A stretch of 63,952 nucleotides of DNA, filler included, from Octopus bimaculoides (GCF_001194135.2; 7 parts of 7 records of this genome joined end to end with filler, not necessarily neighbours in it), one strand, 5' to 3'; shown: positions 13,811 to 26,668, numbered from the whole stretch's first letter. Numbers and translations are program-made. The notes: generated by a model not told the origin, from the letters alone.

Positions 13811-13908
13811 GACCCTGAAGTGACTTTATATATATAAGGGAAATGTTATTATGTATGTGTATCAGAAAAAATATATGTAAGTATGTAAATCGAAACAATT
13901 TGTTGGCC
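13811..13908 (+). ncRNA. Degenerate type I hammerhead motif
   Basis: GACC-CTGAAG(-)TGAC-[AT-rich]-ATC-GAAACAATTTGTT-GGCC. The core lacks one A and stem I has a mismatch. Confidence 0.35.
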
Positions 13909-14725
13909 TCTTATGTTTTTAAATAACTGTTAATTTATATAATATTATGTTATATTATATTCATAGTATATCAAGCAATATTATAACATAAATAAATTAT
14001 TGGATTGTCAATAGTATCTCTCTATTTAATTTAGATGTATATATATTAAATTGAATGCGACGCATCCATTTTCAAGTAAGTTTTTGTTCACCTTTTTTAT
14101 GCGACTCTCAACTGTATACTGTTTTCTTGCGTCATCCCTCTCTAATTCCTTTTTCTTCCCTCCCTCCTTCATCGTTATCTATCTGTCTCTCCCCCTTTTT
14201 CACTTTTTCTTTCTATCTCTCTCTCGTTGCTCATACGTGACCATCGTCCATCTTTCTTTTCCTCACATGATCATCTTTGTTTTCTTGCACGAACGTTTAT
14301 AAGAACAGGCGTGTTTTTCACTCTCTCTTCTATCTTTTCTCTTTTCAAAAAAAAAATGTTTCTGCTAGCGTTCACTAATTTCTTCTCGTTCTGGTCTAAT
14401 GACCCCCCCCCATGTTTGTTCTCGTTCAGTTTTCTCGTATGTCTCCACTATCATTTTTGTTCCCAACTTTGACCCTCCATAAATCCTAAATGTTATTCTA
14501 GAAATTATGACAGCAACTGTCTTTGAAGATCCATTGTCAATATTGTCGTTGAATGCTCGAAATGAGGAGTAGATAAACAGCTGACAACTGGTGAAAGGTC
14601 CTTTCTCTGTGTTTACTTGTCCTGTTTTCCATTTTTTTCTTGTTTACGTATTTCACTCATTTTTCCCTCGTTTTTTTTTCGTATTTCATACTATTTGCAC
14701 CGTTGGTGATGTCCTGTGCCCATAT

Positions 14726-14764
<39 letters not shown>

Positions 14765-14774
14765 NNNNNNNNNN

Positions 14775-15309
14775 CCTTCGGTATGTAAGCACCATTATCG
14801 GTGAGGAACTTATTTAAAAGTTCATATATATTTATAAACATAATTAAGGGATCAGCAAACATTTGCTTCACCATATACCGAAGTTCAGAAATAGCAGCTA
14901 AAAAAGCTGAGACTCCAACAGATAGCATTACTTGTAACTCACAAAGGCAAAAACAAGAAGAAAAAACAATGAAAACTAACCATTCCGAAGTTAATCGTAG
15001 ACGCGTTTCTGGATTATGAGTGATAATACTCAATTTCCTTCATCAATACGATATTCCAGTAGTAAATTCGACCATGCTAGCAAACTGAAAGCATAACCGA
15101 ATCTACCTCGGTCAGCCAGTCTACTATCTTCTCCTCAAGAAATTACCATGTGCGTCACAAGCGATACCGCAGAGAATTTGCGTTTACTACCAGGGAGTGA
15201 ATAATTATTACAAATTAAAAGGGTGAAGGTTTATCAATTTATTAATTTATTAATAAATCAACAATTAATAATTTTTACCAAGCCCTTCGGTATGTAAGCA
15301 CCATTATCG
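14775..15309 (-). mobile_element. Penelope-like ~509 bp unit with terminal direct repeat
   Basis: CCTTCGGTATGTAAGCACCATTATCG at 14775-14800 and 15284-15309; contains an HHR motif. Confidence 0.6.
14994..15052 (-). ncRNA. Type I hammerhead motif (C3 mutated to T)
   Basis: ATCGTA-TTGATGA-A-GGA-AAT-TGAG-TATTATCA-CTCA-TAA-TCC-A-GAAACGCGTC-TACGAT: 6 bp stem I, palindromic stem III, GUC site. Confidence 0.75.
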
Positions 15310-15311
15310 TA

Positions 15312-15500
15312 TTGTACAGACAAAAAGGTGATATTTCGAACGCAGTACGGACGTGAAAACAGCAGAAAGATTGGGTATTATTAACCTCACTTATAAGACG
15401 GGAAAATAGTTGCCAACAAACAGCCACGAGGCTCGAACTTGCACCACTCGGATACCGGATGAGGACTCCACCGTTAAACTAAACTGTCCACTGACAACAG
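15312..15500 (-). mobile_element. tRNA-derived SINE (family D), left copy
   Basis: Head GGACAGTTTAGTTTAACGG, B-box-like AAGTTCGAGCCC; body homologous to 15610-15782. Confidence 0.7.
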
Positions 15501-15609
15501 CCTCTCTTAAATTAAGCGCTAAATACATAACTTTTCTTTGGAATGCAGCAACAACAAATGTAAACAAACTTATATTTTGTTTTTAGAAGCGTCTGTATAA
15601 TACAGGAGA

Positions 15610-15782
15610 TTGTTGTCGGCGGGCAGTTTAGCTTAATGGTAAAGTATTCAGCCGGTATTCGACAGGTGTGGGCTCCAGTTCCGTAGTTGTCTGTTGACCA
15701 ACTTTTTCCGTCTTATAAGGGTAATTACACCCAATCTTTCTGCTATGTTGCGCTCGAAATATTACCTTCTTGTCTGTACAAT
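15610..15782 (+). mobile_element. tRNA-derived SINE (family D), right copy
   Basis: Head GGGCAGTTTAGCTTAATGG; shares CCGTCTTATAAG, ACCCAATCTTTCTGCT and TTGTCTGTACAAT with the left copy. Confidence 0.7.
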
Positions 15783-15989
15783 GGTTTACCAGTAACTTTA
15801 TGTGTGTGTGACAGAGAGAGGATACACATGTATTAACATGCATATGTAAAAACATATGGGACACTCTCACAGGATCCCTGTAGTCTTCGTAGTTGCTAGC
15901 CATTTTGCTTGCTGCCAGTCTTACATTTAGATACTTCTGGTTTTTGTACATCTTTTTTTTTTTTCAGGCGCAGTTCATGACCCGAATAA

Positions 15990-16214
15990 GGCGGCGAACT
16001 GGCAGAAATGTTAGCACGCCAGGTGAAATGCTTAGCGGTATTTCGCCCGTCTTTAATGTTTTGAGTTCAAATTCCGCCGAGGTCGACTTTACCTTTCATC
16101 CGTTCGGTGGGGGGATAAACTAAGTACCAGTTGCGTACTGGGGTCGATCTAATCGACTGCCCCCACCTACCCCCAAAAATTTCGGGCCTTGTGCCTAGAG
16201 TAGAAAAGTAGAAA
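15990..16214 (+). mobile_element. CORE-type tRNA-derived SINE (family A)
   Basis: GGCGGCGAACTGGCAGAA head, GAGTTCAAATTCC B box, central GAGGTCGACTTTACCTTTCATCC...ACTGGGGTCGAT, tail CGGGCCTTGTGCCTAGAGTAGAAAAG. Confidence 0.85.
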
Positions 16215-16634
16215 AGAAAAGACGTCATGACCTGAGTATCTTGGATCCAAATTCAGCGGCGACCTTTTTACTTACAGTGATAAGTATATCATACACGCCT
16301 CCAGAAATACCTTCGTTTCTTCAATTTCCTTGCTCATGGGGACAAGATGAACTTTATGTGGGCATAGCTGTAATTCCTTCGGTCATACGTGCGGCTGTAT
16401 CCTTCATTGAGTCCTGACCGGGTCTAAGAGATGGAATGTTCTTCCTACCATACTATATGTCATCAATGCTCACCACATTTTCCCGTCTTTTAAAGGGATT
16501 TTCTAAACTGTTTTCACAGCCACCCTGCGTTCGAGAATTCCTTTATTTGCTGTCGACTACCGAGCGACGGCGGCGGTGGTGGTGGTGGTGGCAGCGGCGG
16601 GGATAGCGTTAAACTGGTCAATGGATTAAGTCGG

Positions 16635-16815
16635 TCAACGGATTAAATCTAACACATAAAGAGTCGGGAGTTGAGGCACCCCGTCCGATTCGCTACTCAT
16701 TCTGCTGGTCCATTGCCCTAGAAGGATGAAAGATAAAGTTGACTTGATGGAATTTGAACTCAGAATCCAAGGCATTTTGGCCGCTGCTATAACGACTCTG
16801 CCATTTTGATGCATG
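16635..16815 (-). mobile_element. Degenerate family A SINE
   Basis: GGCAGAGTCGTTA...CTGAGTTCAAATTCC...ACTTTATCTTTCATCC on the minus strand. Confidence 0.65.
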
Positions 16816-16839
16816 CTGCTGCGACTATTTGTACTGTTG

Positions 16840-17985
16840 TTGTTGTTGTCGTTGTTACTGCTGCTGTTGCTGCTGCTGTTGTTGTTGCTGTTCTTCTTCT
16901 TCTTCTTCTTCTTCTTCTTCTTCTTCTTCTTCTTCTTCTTCTTCTTCTTCTTCTTCTTCTTGTAATTTAACCCCAAACTAGCCTCGTTCAAACACACCTA
17001 TGATTTACAACCAAATTCCAGATCCCAGACTTTTTGTATATCTAGAACTACATTGACTAAAATTTCCTTCCTCTTTTAAGACTGTAGGATGGGATTTGAG
17101 AAAATTTGGCTATTTCTCCCAATTTTTCAATTGCAAAGATCCTACATCGTTTTCGTTCATTTTTCTTATTATTTGGTTGGTGGGGATGCTTATGTTGATG
17201 TTGCTATTGCATTGGAATCCAACCGTAACCACCTCCACATCTATATGGGATGGTGAAAACAGCATTATTTCTTTTAAGAGGTTAGAGTATTATTTGAGTG
17301 AGATTTGACTGCTCTTTCTAACAAGTCGTCTGGCCACGTACAAGGACCCTTGTTGATGTTGCTATTATCGTCAGTCTTGATGCTATTGTTGCTATTGTTT
17401 TTAATGTGATTATTACTTTCATTGTTGCTATTGATGTTGTTCTTCCTACCTATGTTGTTAATATAGTGTTATCGATACTCTTGCGGCTGTTATTATCGCT
17501 GTTGCTATTTTTGCCCTTATTTTTACATTCTTAATGTTGCTATTGTTGTTCCTACTTATGTTGCTAACATTATTATCGATGCTCTTGTAACTGTTATCGC
17601 TGTTGTTATTTTATCCTTTTTTTTGTTGCTATTTTTACCTTCTTTACTGTTACTATTGTTGCTATTGCTATTCTTGCTGTTCCTATTTATGTTGCTAACA
17701 TATCGCTATCGATGATGCTCTGTTGCTATTTTTGCTCTTATTTTCGCCTTCTTCACTGTTGTTGTTGTTGTTTATGTTGCTAGTGTTACGTTGTTATTCC
17801 CACTGTTGTTGCTATAACTGTTATTTCTGATGCTAATGTTGTTGTTATTCCTATTTATATTATTATTGTTATGCTGTGATCGACGCTATTGTCGTTGCTG
17901 CTGCTCGTATTTTTGCCGTCGTTGCTGCTGTTGTTTCTGTTTTTGCTGCTGCTGCTGCTGCTGCTGTTGTTGTTTACACTATTGT

Positions 17986-18017
<32 letters not shown>

Positions 18018-18245
18018 ATGCTGCTGATACTGCTGTGGTTGCTACAGTCAGTGTGGTTAGTATTAATTATATGATGTCATGCAATCATTGTGGAAACTTA
18101 AATGGTCGTGTTTACGCTTTGTATAGAGACACACACACACACACACACACGCACTCGTGCGCGCACACACACACACACACATATGTGTTGGAAGCAGACA
18201 CATATGTGCATATACAAATATTAGAGAGACGCACATATTATAAAC

Positions 18246-18283
<38 letters not shown>

Positions 18284-18810
18284 CACAGACATATGGATTG
18301 CACATGTGGACATAAAAACACGTCTATATAATCGTAGACGCAGATATTAGAAATGCACACGTGCACTCATACACTCTCACTCACACATTGTAAACACACA
18401 CATATTATAAACATACAAACACTGAGTATATAAGCACGCACACACACACACACATAAACATCTATACAAATTATACATACACACATACACACATGCACAC
18501 ACACACACGCAAACATACACTCGTGCACAGACATACATGAGTATGCACAAGCACAAACAAGAAGAAAAGTAGATGAATGACTAATATTGTATGTCCATAG
18601 AAATACTTAGGAACACACACGCACACACACACACACACACAAACACACACAAACACACACAAACATACAACACATCGTTTACTCGCACACACACATAAAC
18701 ACACACAAACATACGACACATCGTTTACTCGCACACACACATTTACACATGCATACACACAACCCACATCGCACTAAACACAATACTAAACACACACTCA
18801 CACACACTTC
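16840..18810. repeat. Block of simple repeats: (TTG/CTG/TTC)n, decayed (TGT/TAT/GCT)n and (CA)n, with intervening unique sequence
   Basis: Direct reading; explains the poly-K, poly-L, poly-C and poly-A ORFs in the track. Confidence 0.9.
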
Positions 18811-19339
18811 TACAACACATATGGAACACCTCACAGCGGTCCCTCAATCTACTGGAAATAGCAACCAAATTCTTTCAAATAACAACCCCACCGTCTTAAC
18901 AGGAAGGTCACATTGCCTAGTGTGGTCCTAGAAATACAGAGATATGTCTAGATATGTGACTATATGCATGAGAATGCATACATAAAACATACAAATCTGC
19001 ACATACATACATACATACCCTGTTGTTGATGTTGAAATTCCAATGAAGGTGCCTTGGATCTGGGTTAGAAACCGGTTCTTTCTCTATTGGCAAGAAATCT
19101 TGAAATAAACTGAATAATGACATACATACATACATACATACATACATACATACATACATACATGCATACATACATACATACATACATACATACATACATA
19201 CATACATACATACATGCATACATGCATACATACATACATACATACATACACACATATCGCTAGATTCGAGTGTGTCTCCAAATTTAGCTGACTCAGTAGC
19301 GAAAACTGCGGAAAGCATCTAACTCAAAAACATTTTAAA

Positions 19340-20110
19340 ATTGCAATTCGCAAAAAAATTTGCTACTTTCTCGAAATTTTCGTTGAGCGACAGACTATTC
19401 CAACAAGAGCGAGAAAAAGTCCGACCGATCAAATGTTTAAAGTTATCAACGATGTCGCTGGAGAGCACATGGAATCATGTGATGTTAATTACTGGAATGT
19501 TAATACTCTTATACACCCAGCCGCTATTACTCTTAAAGAACACCTAGGAGAAATCTACAGTAAACAAGTAACGAAATTACTAAACGGAAACAACCTAGAT
19601 GGAAAACAAAACTTGAAGAAAACATCAATAACGTGCGCCGCCATATCGGATGGTTAACTACAACAATAAAATTCAAGGAGAAAATGAGTTTACATCTCAC
19701 TAACTCTACCTTAGACAAAAATTAATGTAACTTTATGGCAACTCTTCACACCGAGCTCTTGAGGGAAAGTTAATCATTTTAAAACATGAACTCAGGACGG
19801 TGAGCGAGAAACTTCGCTATCGAATGCGAATTTTTGAACGAGCCAGTATCAATTGCAAATTTGCTTCCAACCCACAAACATTATACAGAGAGATGAGAAA
19901 GGAAAACATTACCATTAAGAAAGATCCCTCCTAAGAAGATCTACAATAATTGAATCACTAGGTTTTGTTAGTAAATGCTTAAAGAAGAATCTGGATAATT
20001 TGAGATTTTCAGAAAGAGAAATCGACCGGCTAATTCGTACATTACAAGTGCAATCTATGAGTGGAACAATAAAAATATGCAAGACTTTACTCAAGTTCCA
20101 AATGTGGATT
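19340..20110 (+). mobile_element. Decayed R4/Dong-like LINE: N-terminal part joined to the C-terminus
   Basis: LIHPAAITLKEHLG; LKHELRTVSEKLRYRMRIFERASINCKFASNPQTLYREMR; then IIIESLGFVSKCLKKNLDNL...QSMSGTIKICKTLLKF. Confidence 0.7.
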
Positions 20111-20522
20111 TGTCTGTGTTAACTACATCCCAAAGATGGAGCCTTGTATCTTTGTTGCAAACCGGCTTCCTCCTCAGTGGAAGATTTATGATAATTAAAA
20201 GATAGAGGAGACATAAATATATATATATATATATATANNNNNNNNNNNNNNNNNNNNNNNNNNNNNNNNNNNNNNNNNNNNTTAATTAATTAANNNNNNN
20301 NNNNNNNNNNNNNNNNNNNNNNNNNNNNNNNNNNNNNCATGTATATATACATATGTAATATGTACATAGTATAGAAATATGTATCTATTAAACTTATTGT
20401 CGGTTCACCGTGGACTGAACGGCGAATACATCCTCAGGTTTTAAACCAAACAAAATGTACAAGTGAGAAATGGGTCCTACCGAATACATTCGCTTTCATT
20501 CAGTTTTTTATTGGTTTCAAAT

Positions 20523-20721
20523 TTTGGCACAAGGCCAGCAATTTCGGGGGTCTTGTTAAGTCGTTTACATCGACCCCAGCACTAAATTGGTACTTATTTT
20601 ATCGACCCCAAAAAGTTGAAAGGCAAAGTCGACCTCGGCAGTTTGAACTCAGAAAATAAAGACGGATGAAATGCTGCTAAATATTTTGTCCGGCGCGCTA
20701 ACGATTCTACAAGTTCACCAC
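20523..20721 (-). mobile_element. Family A SINE
   Basis: Reverse complement of the 15990-16214 pattern, including the GCACAAGGCC tail. Confidence 0.85.
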
Positions 20722-20984
20722 CATCATTCAGTCTTATATTAGCATTTATTGTAATGATGCATTTTGCTTTGTTGCACAAACACGAATTTATGCATGCATC
20801 ATTACAAAAATAAATGAATCTATTGTTTTCGATGATGAGTATTGAGCTTTCGATCTTTGAATAACTGTGTAAATGGCTGATTATACCACAGTCTCATTCG
20901 TCCTTAACCTAATCCTGAAGCTGAATCAGTGAGACACGGTATGTGACAAATATATACTTTTGAACGACAAATATACTCTGTCTG

Positions 20985-21310
20985 ACAGGCTTCCGAACAG
21001 TTTCCGTCTATATAATTTCACTCACAAGCATCAGATCGCATGAGGCTATGGGGAAAGACACTACGCAATGGGATTGAACTCAGGACTTTGTGATTGCGAA
21101 GCAAAGTTCACAAATATACGCAAAAAGACGTATTCTTTATTCCTTTACTTGTCTCAGCCATTGGATTGCGCCCACGCTGGGGCAACGCATTGACAGGTTC
21201 AATGGAAAAAATCGACTCCTGTAACTACACTTTAAAAAAATTTTGTACTTATTCTATCGATCTCCCTTTCGCCTACCACTAAGTTAAATGGACGTAAATA
21301 AACCAATACT
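20985..21310 (-). mobile_element. Adjacent degenerate family C (~20985-21110) and family B (~21140-21310) SINEs
   Basis: ACGCAATGGGATTGAACTC matches family C; TACTTATTCTATCGATCTC..CCACTAAGTTA matches family B. Confidence 0.65.
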
Positions 21311-22326
21311 AGTTGTCTAACGGTAGGAAGGATTCAAACACAAAGATACGNNNNNNNNNNNNNNNNNNNNNNNNNNNNNNNNNNNNNNNNNNNNNNNNNN
21401 NNNNNNNNNNNNNNNNNNNNNNNNNNNNNNNNNNNNNNNNNNNNNNNNNNNNNNNNNNNNNNNNNNNNNNNNNNNNNNNNNNNNNNNNNNNNNNNNNNNN
21501 NNNNNNNNNNNNNNNNNNNNNNNNNNNNNNNNNNNNNNNNNNNNNNNNNNNNNNNNNNNNNNNNNNNNNNNNNNNNNNNNNNNNNNNNNNNNNNNNNNNN
21601 NNNNNNNNNNNNNNNNNNNNNNNNNNNNNNNNNNNNNNNNNNNNNNNNNNNNNNNNNNNNNNNNNNNNNNNNNNNNNNNNNNNNNNNNNNNNNNNNNNNN
21701 NNNNNNNNNNNNNNNNNNNNNNNNNNNNNNNNNNNNNNNNNNNNNNNNNNNNNNNNNNNNNNNNNNNNNNNNNNNNNNNNNNNNNNNNNNNNNNNNNNNN
21801 NNNNNNNNNNNNNNNNNNNNNNNNNNNNNNNNNNNNNNNNNNNNNNNNNNNNNNNNNNNNNNNNNNNNNNNNNNNNNNNNNNNNNNNNNNNNNNNNNNNN
21901 NNNNNNNNNNNNNNNNNNNNNNNNNNNNNNNNNNNNNNNNNNNNNNNNNNNNNNNNNNNNNNNNNNNNNNNNNNNNNNNNNNNNNNNNNNNNNNNNNNNN
22001 NNNNNNNNNNNNNNNNNNNNNNNNNNNNNNNNNNNNNNNNNNNNNNNNNNNNNNNNNNNNNNNNNNNNNNNNNNNNNNNNNNNNNNNNNNNNNNNNNNNN
22101 NNNNNNNNNNNNNNNNNNNNNNNNNNNNNNNNNNNNNNNNNNNNNNNNNNNNNNNNNNNNNNNNNNNNNNNNNNNNNNNNNNNNNNNNNNNNNNNNNNNN
22201 NNNNNNNNNNNNNNNNNNNNNNNNNNNNNNNNNNNNNNNNNNNNNNNNNNNNNNNNNNNNNNNNNNNNNNNNNNNNNNNNNNNNNNNNNNNNNNNNNNNN
22301 NNNNNNNNNNNNNNNNNNNNNNNNNN

Positions 22327-22372
<46 letters not shown>

Positions 22373-22638
22373 TGTTTGTATGCATATGTACATATTTAAG
22401 CATGAATGTAAATATACATATATATATATGTATACATATATGCATGTATGTATGTATATGAACATATTTAAGCATGTATGTATATATACATATATGTGAG
22501 TGTGTATATATATATATATATATATATAACTTTATATATATAACTTTATATATATACATACACTCATAATTATATGTGAAAAACATACTAATATATATAT
22601 ATACAGGTATATATACACGTACACATACATATGCGTGT

Positions 22639-22679
<41 letters not shown>

Positions 22680-23001
22680 CGGTATATATAAATATAATTA
22701 TGATATTTGTTTATATATAGTATATGTATAAACATATTATTGTAGAATTAAAATACACATAAATGTATACAAATATGTATGTATATATGTATGGATGTAT
22801 GGATGGATGGATGGATGGATATATGCTTGTATACATGTATGTATGTATGTATGTATGTATGTATCTATCAATCTATTTATGTATCTATGTATGCATATAT
22901 GTTTGTTTATTTCTAGGTATGTATAGATCCAGGCAATATGAACATATACATACATACATACATACATATAGATATAGATATAGATAGATAGACAAATAGA
23001 C

Positions 23002-23065
<64 letters not shown>

Positions 23066-23719
23066 TAAATGAAATTAAAATTAAATAAGATATGATACAA
23101 TTATTTGAAATTAGTTTAATACTTACCAGCTTCCAATGTCTTGTCAAACTTCATGACTGTACTATATAAGATCGGTTCCACGTTAGTCAGTAATTTCTCT
23201 GTATATACGCATAAATGTGTGTATGTATGTACGTATATATATATAATATATATATAATATATATATATATATAAATCTATATTTTTATATACCAATATTT
23301 ATTGTTGGTATACATATTTATAAGTGCGTGTGTATTCATATAGAAGTAACTTGTGTTGTAAACTTCTCCCCCTCTTTATACATGCATATATATATTATTT
23401 ATATGTATGTAATATAAGTATGTATCTATATCACAGTATGGATATGATTTTAATGTGTCACACCAGAATCACTGTGCTTATCTATCTATCTATATACACA
23501 AATATATATGTCTACAGTCACTTTTTGCAGCTCTTTTTCTCTTTCCTGCAGCCTCTCTTTTTCCTCCTTGTGTATGCAATGTCTTTGAATGTGTATGTGT
23601 CTTGATCTCAATATGTATGCGAATACGAATACGTATATACCTGTGTATTTGTATAGATATGGCTATATATATTTTTTGCGCGACGTTTTTTTTGTATTTA
23701 TCTCTAGCTATAAGTGCGA

Positions 23720-23754
<35 letters not shown>

Positions 23755-23811
23755 TGTGTCTGTGTGTGCGTGTGTTCGCGTGAGTGTGTGTGTATTATGT
23801 CTTTTTATATT

Positions 23812-23844
<33 letters not shown>

Positions 23845-25104
23845 TGAACGGTGTTGGAATATTCTTGAGATTGTAAATATATATATAGTTTTGGGGTGAA
23901 ACTTATTCCAACGGGTCAGTTTCTTTCTTTGTTGTCTTTAAGTAAGGCGTCGGCGTTCCTTGCCAAATAGAATACTTTTATTTATTGTGTATAGAGCTGC
24001 TTAAGGCTGACCCCTTTCAACCCCTTTTTATTTTTTTATTTTTTCGTTGACCCCCTTTCAATTACTTTTTTTTTTTTTGCGGGGTAAAATATGCCTTTCA
24101 GTTCTTTTGTGCACGCTTCATTTTGGTTGTGTTACCGTACGTCTCTCTATGTATACTGCTTCTTATAAAATTTTTCCGACACTTATTTCAGTCACCTGAA
24201 CATGGTCATACTGGGGCACATATTTTATACGAATCTTTGCTGGGTTTATATCGCGTCTGGCATTTTTGCGTTTAGTTAGTTATTTCATCGTCTGCGAGAC
24301 GAGTGAAGGCAAAGTTTTTTAAGAATTATAAATATATATATATATATATACGTGTTTGTGCGCAAGTACTTGCTTGTGAGTGTTTATATAAATATACCTA
24401 TAAACACGCGCACACGCACACACATGTATATATATATATATATAAATATATAAATGTCTATGCATACAATTGTGTATATATGTATGTGTATGTGTGTTAT
24501 GTTGTGCGTGGGAGATTGTGTGCGCTTATATCATATACATTTAGGTAGATTGGTAGATAGCTAAGGGTATATGTATGTGGTATGTCGTGTACGTTGCTGT
24601 TTTTATTAGTTTCTATGTGTGTGTATGTGTACTTATACAGGTGTGATATTACTCTGTGTTATGGTGCCAGTTGTGGGCAAGTTGTCTCCGAAATGTACAC
24701 AGCACACACAAACGGTGTATAATTGCACTAGTGAACTTCCACTAGATGTCTATACATATATATATATACATATGTATACAACTTGTAAATACATATATGC
24801 GCTGTATATTTACTTGTTACAGAGTGCTTGTTAATGCGCGTGCCTCTGTGTGTGTGTATGCGTGTGTTTTTGCTTTGTGTGGGAGTATAAGTTACAATGC
24901 TTTATGGAATGTGTGTTTGCTGTGAATTTGTCTCTTTTCTTTATTCGATATGTGTGCAGCGGGGGAGGGTGAAGGCGTGTGAGTATGTGTGGGATGTGGG
25001 TGTGGGTGTGCCCGTTGCCAACAAATAGATGATTTATTGATTACGAAACGCAATAGTCATGTAGAATTTTATATACATATATATGTATATATATATATAT
25101 ATAT

Positions 25105-25218
25105 ATAGAATAAGTACCAGGCTTACAAAGAATAAGTCCTGGGGTCGATTTGCTCGACTAAAGGCGGTGCTCCAGCATGGCCGCAGTCAAATGACTGAAA
25201 CAAGTAAAAGAGTAAAAG
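25105..25218 (+). mobile_element. Family B SINE, 3' half
   Basis: ATAGAATAAGTACCAGGCTTAC...GGGGTCGATTTGCTCGACTAAAGGCGGTGCTCCAGCATGGCCGCAGTCAAATGACTGAAAC-AAGTAAAAGAG. Confidence 0.85.
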
Positions 25219-25659
25219 AAAGTAATATATATATATATANNNNNNNNNNNNNNNNNNNNNNNNNNNNNNNNNNNNNNNNNNNNNNNNNNNNNNNNNNNNN
25301 NNNNNNNNNNNNNNNNNNNNNNNNNNNNNNNNNNNNNNNNNNNNNNNNNNNNNNNNNNNNNNNNNNNNNNNNNNNNNNNNNNNNNNNNNNNNNNNNNNNN
25401 NNNNNNNNNNNNNNNNNNNNNNNNNNNNNNNNNNNNNNNNNNNNNNNNNNNNNNNNNNNNNNNNNNNNNNNNNNNNNNNNNNNNNNNNNNNNNNNNNNNN
25501 NNNNNNNNNNNNNNNNNNNNNNNNNNNNNNNNNNNNNNNNNNNNNNNNNNNNNNNNNNNNNNNNNNNNNNNNNNNNNNNNNNNNNNNNNNNNNNNNNNNN
25601 NNNNNNNNNNNNNNNNNNNNNNNTAAGAAAAAACATCAACAGGACCAATACTAGTTGAG

Positions 25660-25950
25660 TAATAATAATAATAATAATGATAATAATAATAATAATGAGA
25701 AGAAGAAGAAGAGGAAGAAGAAGAGGAAGAAGAAGAAGACGAAGAAGAAGAGGAGGAAGAGGAAGAAGAAGAAGAAGAAGAAGTGGAAGAAGAAAAAGTA
25801 GAAAAGAAGAAGAAAAGAAGAAGAAGAAAAGAAGTGGAAGAAGAAGAAGAAAAGAAGAAGAAGAAGAAGAAGAAGAAGAAGAAAAGAAGTGGAAGAAGAA
25901 GAAGTGGAAGAAGAAGAAGAAGTGGAAGAAGAAGAAGAAGAAGAAGAAGA
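25660..25950. repeat. (TAA)n followed by a compound (GAA)n/GAAGTG repeat
   Basis: Direct reading. Confidence 0.95.
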
Positions 25951-26668
25951 ATTAACAACACCAGTAACTAACGCAACAAATCACAGCTACAACTACTACT
26001 ACTACTACTACTATGATGACGACGGCGGCGGCGTCAAGCGATAATTACAAAGAACGGCTTGCGAAACGGGAGCAAGCACAAATGAATTAAATTGGAAAAA
26101 CGAAGCGCTAGGAATACGTAAATTTGAATAGGAAATAATAAGAATAATAATAATGATTTCTTGATTAAGCGGCAGTAGAAGTAACAGCAGCAGCAGCAGC
26201 AGCACAAAAGACAACAACAACAACTGAACAATAACAACAGTTAAAACTATAAACAGTAATGCCGGTTATTAATAATATATAATAAAGCGGACAACGATAA
26301 TAACGATTTTATGTATCGTAGAATTTAAATGTACCTTCCAGTATTTATAAGTGAAGAGGTGAAACTAGTAGGTGCGGACATCGGTGAATGCATGTTTATA
26401 CATTTCTGATACGATATAAAATAGCAACAATAACAAACAACAACAACAGCAATAATGCTACTGTTGTTGTTACTACTACTGTTAATAATAATGATAATAA
26501 TTATGATAGTTCCAATAGTAAAGGCTTGTTAATAAAATGGTATAAGTAACGACACAGTCAAAATAAAACTTGCGAATGCAATCTGGGATGAAATAACTGA
26601 AAGATATATACACGGTGAAGCTAAATACACATGTGTATGCATATATGTATGTATGTATGTATGTATTG

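Larger units (their letters stand above)
11461..13953. mobile_element. Penelope-like remnant bounded by inverted ~63 bp tails (11461-11524 / 13890-13953)
   Basis: Both arms carry TCGAAACAATTTGTTGGCCTCTTATG with 3' ends pointing outward. A second inverted motif TAACTTCAAATCTGGTTA(A/C)CCCTAAAAAATTAG occurs at ~11545 and ~12330. Confidence 0.5.

Noticed and set aside
20395-20440. CTGAGGA followed by a 7 bp hairpin (minus strand)
   Set aside because: GAAC rather than GAAA, and the hairpin consumes it; no stem I or III.
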